Numbered from the stretch's first letter, positions 12,383-26,038 are shown. The stretch is 64,000 bases of DNA from Tricharina praecox (GCF_024521635.1 NW_026250407.1:372001-436000), one strand, 5' to 3'. Program-made: numbers and translations. Notes: generated by a model not told the origin, from the sequence alone.

Positions 12383-13123
12383 ATGTCCTCCGGTTTTGTT
12401 CCCGCGGGGACGATCCTGCCCGACACGCCATTAGTCTCAAATCCCGAAGATGCGGCGTGGGCTGCCGCGCGCGCCGCGGTCTCTGGCTCCTCCTCCTCCA
12501 GCACCGCCGGCGCCGGCGCCTCCACCTCCGTCTCGGCGACTGACCCGTCCGACACACGCAGTCTCTTCGAGATCCTCCAGGCCAACAAAACCCGGAAGCA
12601 GGAGGAGTTCGCGGAAAAGCTAAAGTTCAAGAACCAATTCCGCGCGCTGGATGAGGACGACGTGGAGTTTTTGGATTCGGTGATGGATGGGCAGAAGAGG
12701 TTGGACGAGGAGCGGAGGAGAAAGGAGAGGGAGGAGGTGGAGAAGTTTAAAGAGCTGCAGTCTGCCGGTGATGCGGGGGTCGGCGTGGAAGCAGAGTTGA
12801 AAGAGGAGGAGGAGGAGGTCAAATGGGGGAAGCGGAAGAGAGGAGAGAAAAGGGGGAGGCCTACGGTAACGGCGTTGGCTGGTGTTAAGGTGAAGAGGAA
12901 GGAAGAGACAGAGGAGGGCGCGACCAAAAAGGATCGGATAGATGGAGGGGGTGAAGAGAAGACGCTGGAGGCGAAGAAGCGGAAAGTGGAGGAGAAGGTA
13001 GAGACCAAACAGACAACTGTGGTAGAGAAGCCTGCGGAAAAGGCGACGGCGCCTGTGCCAAAAGTGGGCCTCCCTAAGGTTGCACTGGGGTTAGATTACG
13101 GGTCCGACAGTGATGATGACTGA
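12383..13123 (+). CDS. FAM192A/NIP30/Fyv6-family nuclear protein
   Basis: RSLFEILQANKTRKQEEFAEKLKFKNQFRALDEDDVEFLD (NEFA/NIP30 N-domain), Lys/Glu-rich middle, LGLDYGSDSDDD end. Confidence 0.85.
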   Translation: MSSGFVPAGTILPDTPLVSNPEDAAWAAARAAVSGSSSSSTAGAGASTSVSATDPSDTRSLFEILQANKTRKQEEFAEKLKFKNQFRALDEDDVEFLDSVMDGQKRLDEERRRKEREEVEKFKELQSAGDAGVGVEAELKEEEEEVKWGKRKRGEKRGRPTVTALAGVKVKRKEETEEGATKKDRIDGGGEEKTLEAKKRKVEEKVETKQTTVVEKPAEKATAPVPKVGLPKVALGLDYGSDSDDD

Positions 13124-13345
13124 ATGGGTGTGTATGCTACGTTACATATTACCATGGCCGGCTTAGATTGCGCCTGTTGGTGCGCAGAGCCACGAACTTA
13201 CAACCCAACTTCGAGATACTGAGGGGACTAAACAACGCGAACGCGGACTTGATTTCAGTATGGTGCCAGACCCTGGTTGAGTCTAAATTTCTTGCCCTCC
13301 CTCGGTACTGTGTGCAATATAGTCTCCTACAACATAAAACGTTCA

Positions 13346-16300
13346 TCACTTGCTACCTCCCGGAAAATCATAATCCCCACTCATCTTGCCCCAAGATGGC
13401 GTCCTTACAGTGAGCGCGCCCTCAAACATGAAACTCCTCCCTCCCTCGTCCTTAGGTGACCTGAGCTCGACTAGCTCTAATGCCTCCCTCAAAGTTTTTC
13501 CGCTATTATCCAGTGCCGTTAGGAACCTAGCCAGTTCCTTACAGAGATCCCAGTCGCCTTCCTGCACGGCTCTAGCAAAAAGCCGAACCATGTCCTTCGA
13601 ACTTGAAGAGAGCTGTTCCAGGGTGTGTAGAATTAACAGATAACCGCCAGCCGTCTTCAGGTGTCCTCTGGATAACGATTCCTCGAATAGCGCTTGGGGT
13701 GAACCGACGACTGAGAAAAGGTGTTTCCACGACGCCACCTCAGTTTTCCGTGTGCACCGCACGATCACGTCGAGATAGTGGGGGAAATGTGACAGAAATT
13801 GGATGACATCCGGTAGCACAGCATCCTCGGGCTCAGGGGGGTTGTCGGCTTCATCGTCCAGCACATCGTGGAGGAGGACCTCGAGAGCGTGGTCGAAGTA
13901 GGCAAGGGATTCGTAGTTGCGCGCCAGCTCCACTGCCGCTCCGGGTTGGTGGTTGGTGAGCAGATGGCGGAGAAGGTGAGTGATGAATAGGTGTGTCTAT
14001 CTGGGTTAGCGCTGAATTCGAGATGCGATGGGTTGATTACTCTTGTTGAGAATTTGAAGTACGAAAAGCCGACGTCTCGCCGCTGCACTAGATCTGACTC
14101 GATTCCGAGGATGATTCCTCTGTTGACTAGCGCCGACATGGGATAGAAATCTACCGGAACCTTGACTGGCGGTGGTAGTTCACGTCCATGTGCCCCGGAT
14201 TCGAGGATATCCTTAACATCTATCCATGCCTGCCTTTGTCAGAGGTGGGATAACATCTAGGAATTGGGGGACCAACCTTTACATCGTTTCCATCGAATGC
14301 CCACAAGGAATCCGAGAGATTTTTTTCCATGACCAGGGGAAACGTCTCGCTCAGCGGTGTATCCCGCTCCGGTCTAGGCATGAAGCTCTGCTGAATGGGT
14401 TGATCGCGTATCAGAGCGTAGTATTCCACGTTTTGCAGCAATACTCGCATGTCATACTTCAACTTCCCTCCGTCAGTGGTCGATGGCTGAAGCAACACCA
14501 ACTTTCCATCGACAAGGAAGATCATCGTGGCCACTGCAACGTCCTTGGACGGATCACCTCCGCGAAGCTGTTCGTCCGGTACAATCCAACTTATCGCGCG
14601 GACCCTGGTAGCAGCTGGTATGATTCCGTGGAATGTGATCTGGCCGACCTGTACTAATTTCACCGAGTTCTCGGTGCTTTGCACGATGAAGTGGTAGAGC
14701 ACATTATCGGTAGTGTAGACAAGTAGAGAGTCGTCTCCCGTGAGTGAGAGAACCACGACCGCCGATGGTAGCATTTCGAGATGAACGAGCATGGTATTAT
14801 CAAGCTGGAGTTCGCGCGAGTAGAGCCGTAGCTGAAACGAATCTTTACTTTCCACCGCAGCAATCAGAATATGCTGGTACCAGCACATCCCGCCTCTCAC
14901 GACAAAATCCTGTTCCATCTGTTGGTTTCCGAAGGTTTTCCATCGCCCACTGTTTATGGAGTAATGAGCCAACCCACGCGACCCGGCGACTGCAACATAA
15001 CGGCCGTCAGGAGAGATCACCGAAGCCCGGATGGGCCAATTATCCGCCAAGTATGAGGCAGGGACCTGAACCGAATGCCAGAGGACGCTGCTATCTTGCG
15101 AAATCATGGTGTTGTCATCCTGGTCGTATCCGCGATAGACAAGCAGCTTCTCCCCGGTTTGCAACATCGGCCGTGCGGTGGTGACAGACGAAAAGCACCC
15201 CGCAATTGACGATCTAGCAAACTCAAGACCCCAAATGCGTTCATCCCCGTCTGCTCGCAACAGTAAGATCTCTCCCCCACCCGCAATCCACGACCCATCT
15301 TTTACCCCACCGAGGTACCCTTCGTTCGGCTTTTGCTCCAAGAGCGATTTTCTGACTGCGAAGGAGTTGCCGCTGGGCTTTCCATATACACTCCAGGTCG
15401 CCCATCCGTGTTTGTAGCCAGCAAAGAGGCAATAGCCATCTGGGGACCAGCTCACGAATGTGACTTGTCCAGGTGATGGGCTGGGGACGAAGACTTTATG
15501 GGAAAGAGGAATGTTTCCACTGTAATCGCGGGCGGTGTACACAGCGATCGAGCCACTGCATGTATGTGTTAGTCTGTACGTTGAAGGAGATTGCGTGAGA
15601 TATACTTCGCACACGCCACCGCGATCATCGAGAACCGCGCATTGATGGCAACCTTGACGGCAGCCTCATCACGGCCCGACGGCGAATGGAAGCAGTATCC
15701 CTTGAACGTCCGAGATCCGTTGTCGCGGTCCGAGATGAGCAGTTTCTGGACTGCATACGCCCGACCATCGGTCGTAACCCAGGTGGAAAGATTCATAGGC
15801 CGATCATACACCATGTCGGTAGTGATCACTGCCTCGCCGTCATCCGTCAGAATACACTTCTGCGACGTCATCTTGCGCAGTGCAAACATACCGAGTGCTT
15901 TGGTATGGACTAACCTTTCTTCTTCATCCAAGGCATCCGACTAAGTAATTCCGCAGACGTCTGGCTTCCGGTCGAGTCTGGCGCCCACCGAATGCACTGT
16001 ATTGCCGCGGGCTTGATCGTAGCCACCATCAACTCATCCTCCAGCGCAAGAACTCTAATGTTTGTCAGGGTCGCGCTCGCCTCCAGAGTCGACTTCCACA
16101 GGCTGTAGCCTCGTGTTTCGGGGCACCTACTTGCCGATGCCAGCATCAACCTTGATCACCATCCTGAACTGCAGCGAAGATTCCCGGACACCACCGCCTT
16201 CGCCAACGCCGGGCATTAAGCCGCCATTGACAGACGCTATTTTCCCACCCGAGTTTGACAACGACTGCTGCCGCGCATGGTGGTGATAATTATTGACGAA

Positions 16301-16924
16301 AGCAGGCTTGTAGACTCGGGCGTTCGGATCGGTCGCGAGAGAATACGTCATGAGGTATCCGAGCGATGTTTGAACGACGAATATCTGTGAATCCGGTCGC
16401 ACGAGGACGTCGACATTGGGTCCGTACGCTTCGACCGAACTCGGCGACCGACGCACATGTGCCACCACTGCGGTCGGCTAGCTACACGTTTAGCGGTACG
16501 GCTTTGGATCGTCGGGCGGTCGGGTCTTCACCTTCATCTGCCATATTGTCAACTCCGCCCTGGTGACGGTTGCGAATAGCGATCCTGTCCGTGCAACGCG
16601 CAGCGCAACAATGTGTGTTCTCGATTCGTCGTCCAGCGCGCCGTCGCTCGTCGTCGGTTCCTGCTCGGCGTCTTGCGCGGTCGGTGTCTCCGGCAGCGAT
16701 TCCTCGTCCTCCACCTCTCGTTCGCCTACTTTCCGCCCATCCTCCTCGTCTTCGATGGACTCTTTCGTCAGATCGACTTCATCTCCGTCGTCGCCCGGCA
16801 CGGGAGAGAGCGACAGGCTATTTCGCACAAGCTCGGCGGATTCGTCGGAGTCGTAGTCGATTCTGATTGCTGGTGGCGGGACTCTGGCGGCGTATATTCT
16901 GGGGGCGCCTATGGGCCAGTACAT
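13346..16924 (-). CDS. RIC1: RIC1 family guanine-nucleotide exchange factor subunit (Ric1-Rgp1, Ypt6/Rab6 GEF), multi-exon
   Basis: N-terminus MYWPIGAPRIY; WPIR..ISPDGRYVAVAGSRGLAHYS..GRWKTF; C-terminal YFDHALEVLLHDVL, VIVRCTRKTEVASWKHLF, ELARFL; several short introns. Confidence 0.93.
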
Positions 16925-17137
16925 TATGTTGTTTCTCTTGTGTAATCGGTGTGCGGAGGGAAAGTATTGGTGGTTTCCGGGAATATGAAGTGAAATGGGC
17001 GTTTGAGTTGTCGACGGAGCAGGGGGGAAGCTCTCACATAAATGGGAGCTTAGCTCGTTGAGGAAAAGAGGGTAAACGTGCGGCTGTGCTTGTGCTGGTG
17101 TGCTAGGATTACGTAGGATTATGTAATAGTTGTTACA

Positions 17138-18850
17138 GCAGGGCCTTCGAGCTCACTATCCACTCGGACGCACTCGGTCATTCGTGGGTGGGGGAACATT
17201 TGCTACGTACAAAACGAATTATAATACTATTCTTGAAGGCGAGGAAGCCATTGCCTAATTTTAGATTCCATGTCGGGCTTTCGGACGGCACAGGGAAAAG
17301 ACAAAATCACACTCTACATTGCGATCGGGAACCGGATCGATATCAGGCCGAGCTACTCTTGAGATCACAGCATACAATACAGCTCTATGTGAACAATTCG
17401 TCACGACAGCACAGATCGAGGTAAAATCATAGGATACGCTCAATGGTAATAGGTAGTAGTATTTAGTAATACTCCCTGGGACTCGAGTCCCTCGAACTCG
17501 GAGACGAAGGGTGCGTACTTGTTCTTGTGGTTGAAAAAGTGTCGCTTGACACTGCCGGCGCCGCGCTTGAGGGTTTTGTTGGATGGAGCGATGGTGGCTT
17601 CGTCGGAGGAGATGAGGGAGAAGCGGCGCTTATGGATGTTGGCTGACATTTCTTTCGCTGGGCTCTGTGAGTGGGTGAGGCGCAGTGGTGGTGCTGGAAG
17701 TGGTTGGCTTACCTTTTCGGAGGTTGGTGTGTTTGAACTTGTGTGAAGGTGGTGGGAAGATGACGAAGAGTGTGGTGAGCTCGCGCTTTGGCGTGGTGAA
17801 AAGGAGTAGGAGTGGTGGATGATGAAGCGGAGTAGGAGTTGTAAATGGTTGAGAATTGGAGTGGTCAACCAAGTGGTGAAGTAAAGCGTGAAAGCAAGCT
17901 AGCGACTCCAACACCTACACACCTGCACGGTGTATCACTCGGTAAATCCGTTTGCTCGGACATGAATCGCGCTTGACTCAGTCAATGTGTCAAACGCCAT
18001 GATCTGCAAAGGCCGAATGCTATGATGATGAAACAAAAAATCAAAAAATCAATGTGTCAAACCAAATACACAACACGCAGAATCAATCGTAACACTCACT
18101 AGCAATTCAGCCGGCCAGCGCACGTTTTCATGCTCAGTTCCACCCTCGACGACTAGGTATCCGAATTGATCCTTCTGATTTCAGGACGGATGTTCGGATC
18201 ATACCGCGGGTTCAGTTCGATTTGGTGGACTCATCCCGTGTCCACCTTCCACAGGGTACCGCTGCGATCTCAGCCGCGCCAGCAACGGTGAGCATCACTG
18301 ACGAGGTGCATATCTTGTATGTACATCTATGCGGTGCGAGAGCCAAAATCCTCGAGTTCCGACACACGCGAGAATGTTTTGCACGCCATGTTCCCGCGGC
18401 GACGATCCGAGACGACACGGTTCGGTTCGTAAGACGCCTGCTGCTGTAACACCTTCGGTGTGGTAGGTATGCCATTCCATCTTCCGGCAGCCATATATGA
18501 CTTGAATATCACTTCAGACCCGGTTGAAGGGGTTGCGGTGATGTTGCTGGTATATAAAGGATTCCGGCGGGGTTCAATCGGCCAGCCACATGGTTCGACC
18601 CCCAGAATTTCAGAAAGTGCCAGTCGACTGACTGCAGTCCGTGGCGATCAAATGTTGGACGGACTGACTACACACCAACCTTCAGTTTTATGGACTGGGC
18701 TGGATTATCGGGAGCACTGCGGAGTATATGTACATGTAGACGGCCAAGAAGCTCAGCTCCGGCTGGCGGTGCACGGCCTCGCCTAGCCCGCCGTAACTAT
18801 ATAGAGTGCTCTAGGAAGGTTTCAACTTTCAACTTTCAACTTCCAGTCAT
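17138..18850 (-). repeat. Left arm of a large inverted repeat (partner ~29430-31549)
   Basis: Reverse complement matches the right arm: near-identical at 17225-17927 vs 30753-31457, gapped and diverged elsewhere; inner boundary approximate. Confidence 0.95.
17440..17649 (-). CDS. Small unknown protein, copy 1 (MSANIHKRRF...; 69 aa if unspliced)
   Basis: ATG preceded by a candidate 5' UTR intron (GTAAGC..CTCAC..CACAG) and a C/A-rich leader; identical to copy 2 at 31031-31240. Confidence 0.5.
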   Translation of the reverse strand: MSANIHKRRFSLISSDEATIAPSNKTLKRGAGSVKRHFFNHKNKYAPFVSEFEGLESQGVLLNTTTYYH

Positions 18851-19974
18851 CTTTGTTCTTTTGTCTTCGGCCCGATCAGTCCGAACACAAGCCCGAGTCC
18901 GAGCCCAAGTTCCAACGTTACCTGTCGGTATCGGGAAATCCACGCACGCCGGCTAGTTAGTAGAGCACAGGATGGCTTTCCCGGTTTTGTGGTTCTGTGG
19001 TTCCATGGTTCTGTGGTTCTGTGGTTCCGTGGCTGGGTCTGCAGTGAGAGACCCAAAAACGGGATGAGACGATGTGTATAAGCATTAAGGACGAGAGACG
19101 GACCCGGGAACGAATAGACAGAACAGATAGAACAGAATAGAAACAACTCAACGTTGAGTTGTTGACCCTCCACATCGCGTCTGAGCCTGGTCAGTGGTCA
19201 CACCCCATAACACTGAATCGCTCCGTTAAGCCTCCAGAGTCCATACCGCTGCTCACCGCAACTGTCAACACGGACTCACAGAGGAGCCTCGACCCTCGAC
19301 CCCAGCGCTTACTCAGCAGGTAGTCAGCAGGTAGTCAGCTACAGCCACCGCTACCAATCAAGCCACCGCCCTCCTAGCCCACACCAAGCCCAAGCCACAA
19401 TAAGCCCAAGCCTCAGCCCTAGCCCAAGCCACACCACAACCCCAAGCCACTCCAAGAGAAAGGCCGCGCGTCACACAAGCCAGTCGGGAAATTGGGTTTG
19501 ATGCATCCTTGCTGCAAGCAACTTTCCTGCATGCGCGACGCCGCGACCGTCCCCAGACTCCCCCCAGTCCTCACCCCCACGATCGTCTCGGGGCGCAATC
19601 GGATTATCGGACCGTATTTGCACTCTACGTACGACGAGGGGCGGGGAGAGGGGGGGTTGCACTCGCATTTCCCGCCGTCGTTTCGACCCGACTTCGGTCA
19701 CTCAAATCACGTCAATCACGTCATGCGATCATGCGATCCGAGGATTGGTAGATGGAAACCAACATTCATTTGATTTGTGTGGTATCGTTGCAGTAAAAAA
19801 AAAAGAACAGAGAACATTCCCAATAAACACATAAACACCTTTTCATCATCTACATACGAATGAAGAAGAAGCAAGCACAAAAAAAAGAAAGGAAAAGAAG
19901 CCCAACACCATCCTCCACGTCGTACATTACACTGTTATGCTACAGACTCGTTTGATATCGACCACATCCACACT

Positions 19975-20649
19975 CTACAACAGAACGACACCAGCAACGA
20001 CACCGACGACACCCATGACGGAGCCGACCATCATGCGGGGGGCGGCGTTGCCGGAGGCAGACGCCTCAGCGCCGCCAGCGGAGGCGGTCGAGGTCTGGAC
20101 GGCGGAGATGATCGCGGCGGCGGCGTCGGACTCGATAGACTTAGCGGCAGCAGAGGCGAGCGCGGTCTGGGTGGAGAAGAAAGCGGCGACGCCAGAGGTG
20201 CCAGAGGCGATGGCGTTGTGCAGGTCGGCCGAGACCGAGCCCCAGCCTGCGACAGAGCTGTACTTGCTCTCGATCTTGTCGTCGATGTGAGCGATCTTCG
20301 AGGTGGCTCCGGCCCAGTTCGACTCGATGCCGGAGGCGGCGTCGGTCGCGAGCGAGGCTACGCCAGAGGTGATGCCCGAGCCGACGGAGCCGAGGGTTGC
20401 GGTCGCAGCAGACGCGATCGAGCCGATGTTGGACGTCGCATCTCCGATCACGGAGGTGATCTGCCCTCCGACTACAGAGCCGACGATGCTGGCCGCATCA
20501 CTGGATGGTTGTTAGTTATCTGTGCTGCAAAAGGGTGCACACTGTTTGGAAGGGAGGGAGGGAACTAACCCAAGGTCCTGACGGGGGACGTTGGTTGCGT
20601 AGACGGAAGCGGCGGAGAAAAGGGCGAGGGTGATGAACTTGGTCTGCAT
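19975..20649 (-). CDS. Ser/Ala/Thr-rich secreted, probably GPI-anchored cell-surface protein (2 exons)
   Basis: Signal peptide MQTKFITLALFSAASVYA; intron GTTAGT..CTAAC..CCAG; C-terminal SASGNAAPR followed by hydrophobic MMVGSVMGVVGVVAGVVLL. Confidence 0.85.
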
Positions 20650-22568
20650 GTTGAGGTTGTTTGGGGGGTTGTTGTTTGTTGGGTTGGAACGAGGGTGGTG
20701 ATGATTGAGGTGAGGTGTTGTAGTGAAGGTGAAGATGATGATGATGGGGGGGGGAAAGGAGAGCAAAGGTGGGTCGAGGGGGTTCTCTTTATACGTTAAA
20801 GGGGGTGGATCTATTGATTGACTGACTGATTGATTGATCGACGCCAAACGGCCGTCGCCAACCACCTTCCGGCGCACGCCTTGGGCCCTTGGCCCTTGGG
20901 AGGGAGGCGCTCGAGGCATGAAGGGGCGCAGACCCTTGCGTGGCTACGAAGCACCTTGCCGATTCCATTGACCAAGCCTCAGTTCTGGCAATCTACAGCA
21001 CTTACGGTTAGCTGGGAGCACGCACTCCCCGGAAACCTGTACTTGCTACTTGCTACTTGTTACGGGCTAACCACCTGCTACTCTAACTGGGGCCTGGCAG
21101 TGCTACATAGAGGCTTGGAAGTTGGCGGTCACTGGTGACGTCTGCTCTTACTCCCGCCGAGAGTACTGCTATTTCCATCGACAAATACCAATAATCACCG
21201 TGAGAAACACCCCAGAATCTGCACTGTTGCCAACTGCATGGCCACTTTATTGCCGGCTACCCGTGTTCTGTGCTGCTGCTGTGCTCCGAGACTCTACTGG
21301 GGTTACATTCCCAACGTCACTACTTTAAAAGCAAATTGGTGCGGAGGGGGAGGGATTGGGCAGTTGAGTACCGTACCGTACACCACCCTGCTTGCCCTGC
21401 CCTGGGTAGAGTGCTGTGCTGCGCATTCGTGCAAGTCCAGCTGTTGCTGATGGCGTTGATGTTGTTTTTGTTGTGATTGTTGTGATTTTTGGGGATACTC
21501 ACGTCAGATCCAGCTAGAGTAGCCGGGCAGCACTTGGACTAGAGCATCTGCACAAAGCCGTGCCGGTGCTCGCTCCCTGTTTATACATAGCATCCATCTA
21601 CACGAACGCGGGGAGCTCAAGCCTCGCTGGTGATTCTCACTGCGAAGGCTTCACTTCACGTTCACCGGGTCCGAATACATGGCAACCCAGCAGCCATGGC
21701 CCATAACCCAGCAGTCCAGCAAACAAGCTATGTACCCGGCTATGTACCCGGCTTCATACATAGAGCACCTATGTCACTAAGTACCACTCGGGCAAGGCTT
21801 CCACGGCACCGATCACAGCTGGTGCACAGCTGACAGAAGCATGTGTGTGTACTAGTACTCCGGAGTCCACCCAGGTAAGTTTGTAGAGTCCATAACTCCC
21901 CAGCCGGCACTCCTCCCCGGCATCGCAACTCGCAACTCGCAAGCATAAGTATGTATCTACGCCGGGACGAAACAAAGTTCCATACCTTCCATACCTGCTC
22001 CCCCGCGGTACGCCTGCCTGAAATCTTGGTTCACACAGTTTACCTACCTACAAATTACCATGAAGTCGAACCCGAGTATTAACTTCCAACTTCCAAGTAA
22101 CCACCAATCGGCGACCCATCACACGGTAGGGTGAAACCCTTCCTGTCGTGGAACCATTCCAGAATCTCTCTCTGGGTATTCCACCGTTCCGCTCAGCCCC
22201 CCACACGACGTTTCTTGGAGCCGCGCGTAAAGTGTGTGCGCCCAGCGCCGAGCGCCGAGTGGCTGCCCAAGTGGCCAATGGGGCTGGCCAATGGCAAAGT
22301 TCTGCCCCGAGCGCGGGCGCGGGCGTGGGCGCTCTTGGCGGCCTGTGTGTGTTGCACTGTTGCACCGCCGTCTCCGTGTGAACCGTTGGGCAACGGGCAA
22401 TGGGCACGGACGTGCAGAGAAAAAGAAAAAGAAAGCACCTATATCCATATGTTTATTGCAGTAGAGTAGGTAGATCGACAACTGCACATTGAATAACACT
22501 ACATATGATATGATATGATATGTGGATCTGTTGCGGCAGCGGGCTTACGTATGTACAAAACAATACGG

Positions 22569-22638
22569 TGGTTTGGTGGTTTGCTGGTGGTTTGCTGGTG
22601 GTTTGCTGGTGGTTTGCTGGTGGTTTGCTGGTGGTTTG
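22569..22638 (+). repeat. 11-bp minisatellite (GGTTTGCTGGT)n
   Basis: About 6 tandem units visible. Confidence 0.9.
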
Positions 22639-22760
22639 CGGAACGTCACTCGCTCTCGCTCTGGGGCGGAAAGACGCGAGACGCGTACGTACTCCGTCAC
22701 GATCTACGGTATCCAATAAGGTCGGATGCGGTGATCATTAAACGGGAAAACAAAGAATGG

Positions 22761-22785
22761 AGAGAGAGAGAGAGAGAGAGAGAGA
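22761..22785 (+). repeat. (GA)n microsatellite
   Basis: AGAGAG... run. Confidence 0.9.
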
Positions 22786-23430
22786 ACGTTGCATACGGCC
22801 TGGTCTAGAGACACTCTACACGCACACCGCACACGTACTGTGGGATGGCGAATGGTCGGTATGTAACTCCTTCACTACGGATGCGGGCTGTGATTGGAAG
22901 TTAAACTACTAATATGATAGGCTAGACAGAGCAAGATGAGTGAGTGAGTGGTGATGACCACACGACCGAGGAGGAGGAGGAGGTACGGCAGCCATCAATG
23001 CCTGTCCGTACACCCACGTACCTCATTGCTAATACGTGCTCCGCGCAGAGTACTCTACTCTACGCAGGTCTTCAGTCTCCAGTCTCCAGCGTACTCCTAC
23101 TACCTACAGGACCATTTGCGCCAGCGGCCAGCGTGCGGGAGAGCATCGGTGGCCCATGGAAGGCAGAAAAGCCACAACTTACAAGTGTTCCAGATCGGAC
23201 GTGAATTTATCCGCCCCGGTCTCCAGATGCTTGGGAGACGGAACTTGTACCCGCTCGGTTCGAGGTGATCGGCCGATTTCGACGGGGCAGGGTGAGTCTC
23301 GCTCTTATGTACCGGCATACATGCCTGGGTACTTGGGTATTTGGGTAGGTAGGGAGGTATGCTTGGGTAGGTACTTGGGTAGATGCTGTCTGCTGGGTCT
23401 CGTCGCTGGTGAATGAAAGTCTCCACTTCA

Positions 23431-23464
23431 CTCTACCTACTCTACCTACTCTACCTACTCTACT
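23431..23464 (+). repeat. 9-bp tandem repeat (CTCTACCTA)n
   Basis: About 3.5 units. Confidence 0.8.
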
Positions 23465-24745
23465 TCCAACGGACTCGCCACCGAGAGGCATCAGCACATA
23501 CGGTACCGGTACCGGTGTGTAATCTAGATAGGCATGAGCGATTGTCCCACGTCCCGGATATTCTTTTCTCCCTTGGTCGGCGTGACTTCCGACCTGGAGT
23601 ACCGTTCCATGCCTTCCATTCACCCCATGCAAGAACTGTTCTCACGCACAGAAAGTTAGAAAACAACTACCCCACGCGGGCCGAAGCGGTATCGAGCTCG
23701 TCTACCTAGGTAAACTCTAGACTCCAGAGTAGTGATCTCCGCACCAGGTCGTGGCAGCGGCGGCGGAGCAAGTGCCAACCCGTGAGGGAGGTGTGCCGCT
23801 AGGTATCACACATGAGTTGGAGCAGCGGGCTGCGGGAGCAGTGCATTAGCGCACGAGATCCGGAAGATCTAGTGCTTTACTGAGGTGTGCGCACGAAACC
23901 TACCGGCAGGCACCACCAAAACAGCTGCCTGGAGAATCATCATACTAGGGGAGTTCCTGCCTGCGACTCTACTCCTGCAACTCTGTTTTCTGGATCGAAG
24001 ATGCCGTTGCCGTTGCCGATGCCGTTAGGGGGCCGTTTTTGCCGAGGGGAAGATACCCAACTACCCAACTACGGTGTGCTCTACTCTAGATATATGTAGA
24101 GTAGAGTGCAAAAGTCGCTGATCAGCCGTCGGACAGCGGAGCCGTTCCCAGGTAGGTACGAGTTAGGTAGGGCTAAGTACACAGTCTCGACTCGCCACTG
24201 CGAATGCGCGGCAGTCAGCACTAGTTAGTAAGTTGGACTGTTGGACCAGCACTTCCAGTCGCCGGCTGTGTGCACATTGCACTACTATATGCGCTCTCGT
24301 GAGAGCTCTGGATGGCAGTGGAAGCTGGAGCTGACGTCACATGCGGAAGCCGACGATCTGATCTTCCGACCTCGGGTCCCGCCGTCCGAACTTCGAAAGC
24401 TTGTGCTGTGCCACTGCTGCCCGGTTGACTTGCTATATATGTAATTCGCTCACAACATCCGATCAAGGTGATCCTTTTTCAGCTTCGGATAACACGGAAG
24501 CCGTATATATTATCGGCAGGGCACACGAAAAACAAAATCGTCACTGGAGTGGTGGACCGTGATACTGCAGCAAAACAAGCTTTTTGGAGATTCTATATAC
24601 CTATGCAAATCTCGCACCCCCTTGACACCCCAATACCTTAACACCCAACACCCCGTACAAACAAACGCCAATAAACGCAAATGCAAGACAAGCCCCCTCC
24701 CCCCCAATGTCTTGCAGTGGGTATATATGTAAATATCACCTCCGC

Positions 24746-26038
24746 CTACAGCACGAGCCCCGGCCTCTGCTTCCTCTCCTCCAGGATCATCTCGCAAGCC
24801 TTCAACGCGGCCACCACAGCCAGCGACATGATCGGCGTAACAACATAGAAATAGGCAAGCGTTCTAGCCACCATCATCTTCCCGTGCTGACCGACGCCCG
24901 AGACCTCGGCCAGACTGCTCAGGATCATGGCGGGCGGGCCTATCGGCATGAGCATCAGCGACCACCACAGCATGGGATCGGAATCGAGCAGCTGCGTCTT
25001 TGCCGCGACAAGGTACACGAGCGGAATGCTGACGAGCCCCCAGAAGATGAACCGGATGGCGAAGATTGCGGCGACAGCCTTCTTGGGCGGGTTCGGCGAG
25101 GGCAGGTGCTTCGGCGGCGTGAGCGAATCGGAGAGTTTCGAGCCGACAACAAACATCTGCAGCGCCGTGAAAAGGTCGCCGATGTTGCGGAGAGAGGACG
25201 TGAGCCACGCGTTGAGGAAGCCGCCGTCCTGGGTCTCGGCGAAGAGAGCGCGTTGCAGTGGTGGGGTGAGTCCGATGACTACTGCAAAGATCGCCCCCCA
25301 GAGGGTGGGAGTCAAGAGTGAGGAGACGTAGGAGAGCGCCTTTTGGACGCGTACCGGGAGGCGGCCGAACTGGCTCGAGGCGGTTTCTTCCACGGCGGCG
25401 AGTCGGGAGGTGATCGGCTTAGGAAGGAGGGTGGAGTTCTCGTCTGCGTCTTCGTCGTTGTTGTCGCCGTTCTGCTGGTCGTTGTCGCCCTCGCTTTCGT
25501 CCTCGTCCTCGTCCTCCTCCTGTTTCATGTCGTTGCCGAGAATCTTCGGCCCGATCGCGAAGGTGGCCGCATTCGAGACCATGCTGTTGATCAGGAAGAA
25601 GCTTTGCGCGCGCTCCACCGCTGCCGACACATCGTCTCCCGCAATCGAGCGTAGGATTCCCGTGGTCGTCAAGCTTTGCGTCAAGAGTAGCGGCAGCGAT
25701 GTGGTATTATTGAAAGCGCACGCCGCACCCACCCAGCTCGGAAGCTTAAACACTTTCTGAGCCAGCTTGCCCAGCGCCAGCGAGATGACGCTGTAGAGGA
25801 TACTCCAGATGAAAACGGGAACGTAACTCGTGAAATTCCCCGGCTGTATCTGGCTGCCGACGTTGGTGATCAACAGCGCCGGAAGAAACATGTTGACGCA
25901 GAGCGAGGAGACGTTTTTCGCCGTGCCGGCGTCAACCATTCCCATGCGCGCTGCGAAGACGCCGTAGCCGAGCGTGAGGAGAACCGAAAACGCGGCCTGG
26001 AAGGCCCCCAAACATGAGGCCGCAAATGCTGAAGACAT
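24746..26038 (-). CDS. Auxin-efflux-carrier (PIN/PILS-like, Mem_trans) family membrane transporter
   Basis: About 10 TM segments in two halves with an acidic central loop; MFLPALL, AFNNTTSLPLLL, PIGPPAM motifs; start MSSAFAAS at 26038. Confidence 0.88.
   Translation of the reverse strand: MSSAFAASCLGAFQAAFSVLLTLGYGVFAARMGMVDAGTAKNVSSLCVNMFLPALLITNVGSQIQPGNFTSYVPVFIWSILYSVISLALGKLAQKVFKLPSWVGAACAFNNTTSLPLLLTQSLTTTGILRSIAGDDVSAAVERAQSFFLINSMVSNAATFAIGPKILGNDMKQEEDEDEDESEGDNDQQNGDNNDEDADENSTLLPKPITSRLAAVEETASSQFGRLPVRVQKALSYVSSLLTPTLWGAIFAVVIGLTPPLQRALFAETQDGGFLNAWLTSSLRNIGDLFTALQMFVVGSKLSDSLTPPKHLPSPNPPKKAVAAIFAIRFIFWGLVSIPLVYLVAAKTQLLDSDPMLWWSLMLMPIGPPAMILSSLAEVSGVGQHGKMMVARTLAYFYVVTPIMSLAVVAALKACEMILEERKQRPGLVL

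Noticed and set aside
22569..22638. Regular short repeats as a CRISPR-like array
   Set aside because: Head-to-tail minisatellite without spacers, in a eukaryotic genome
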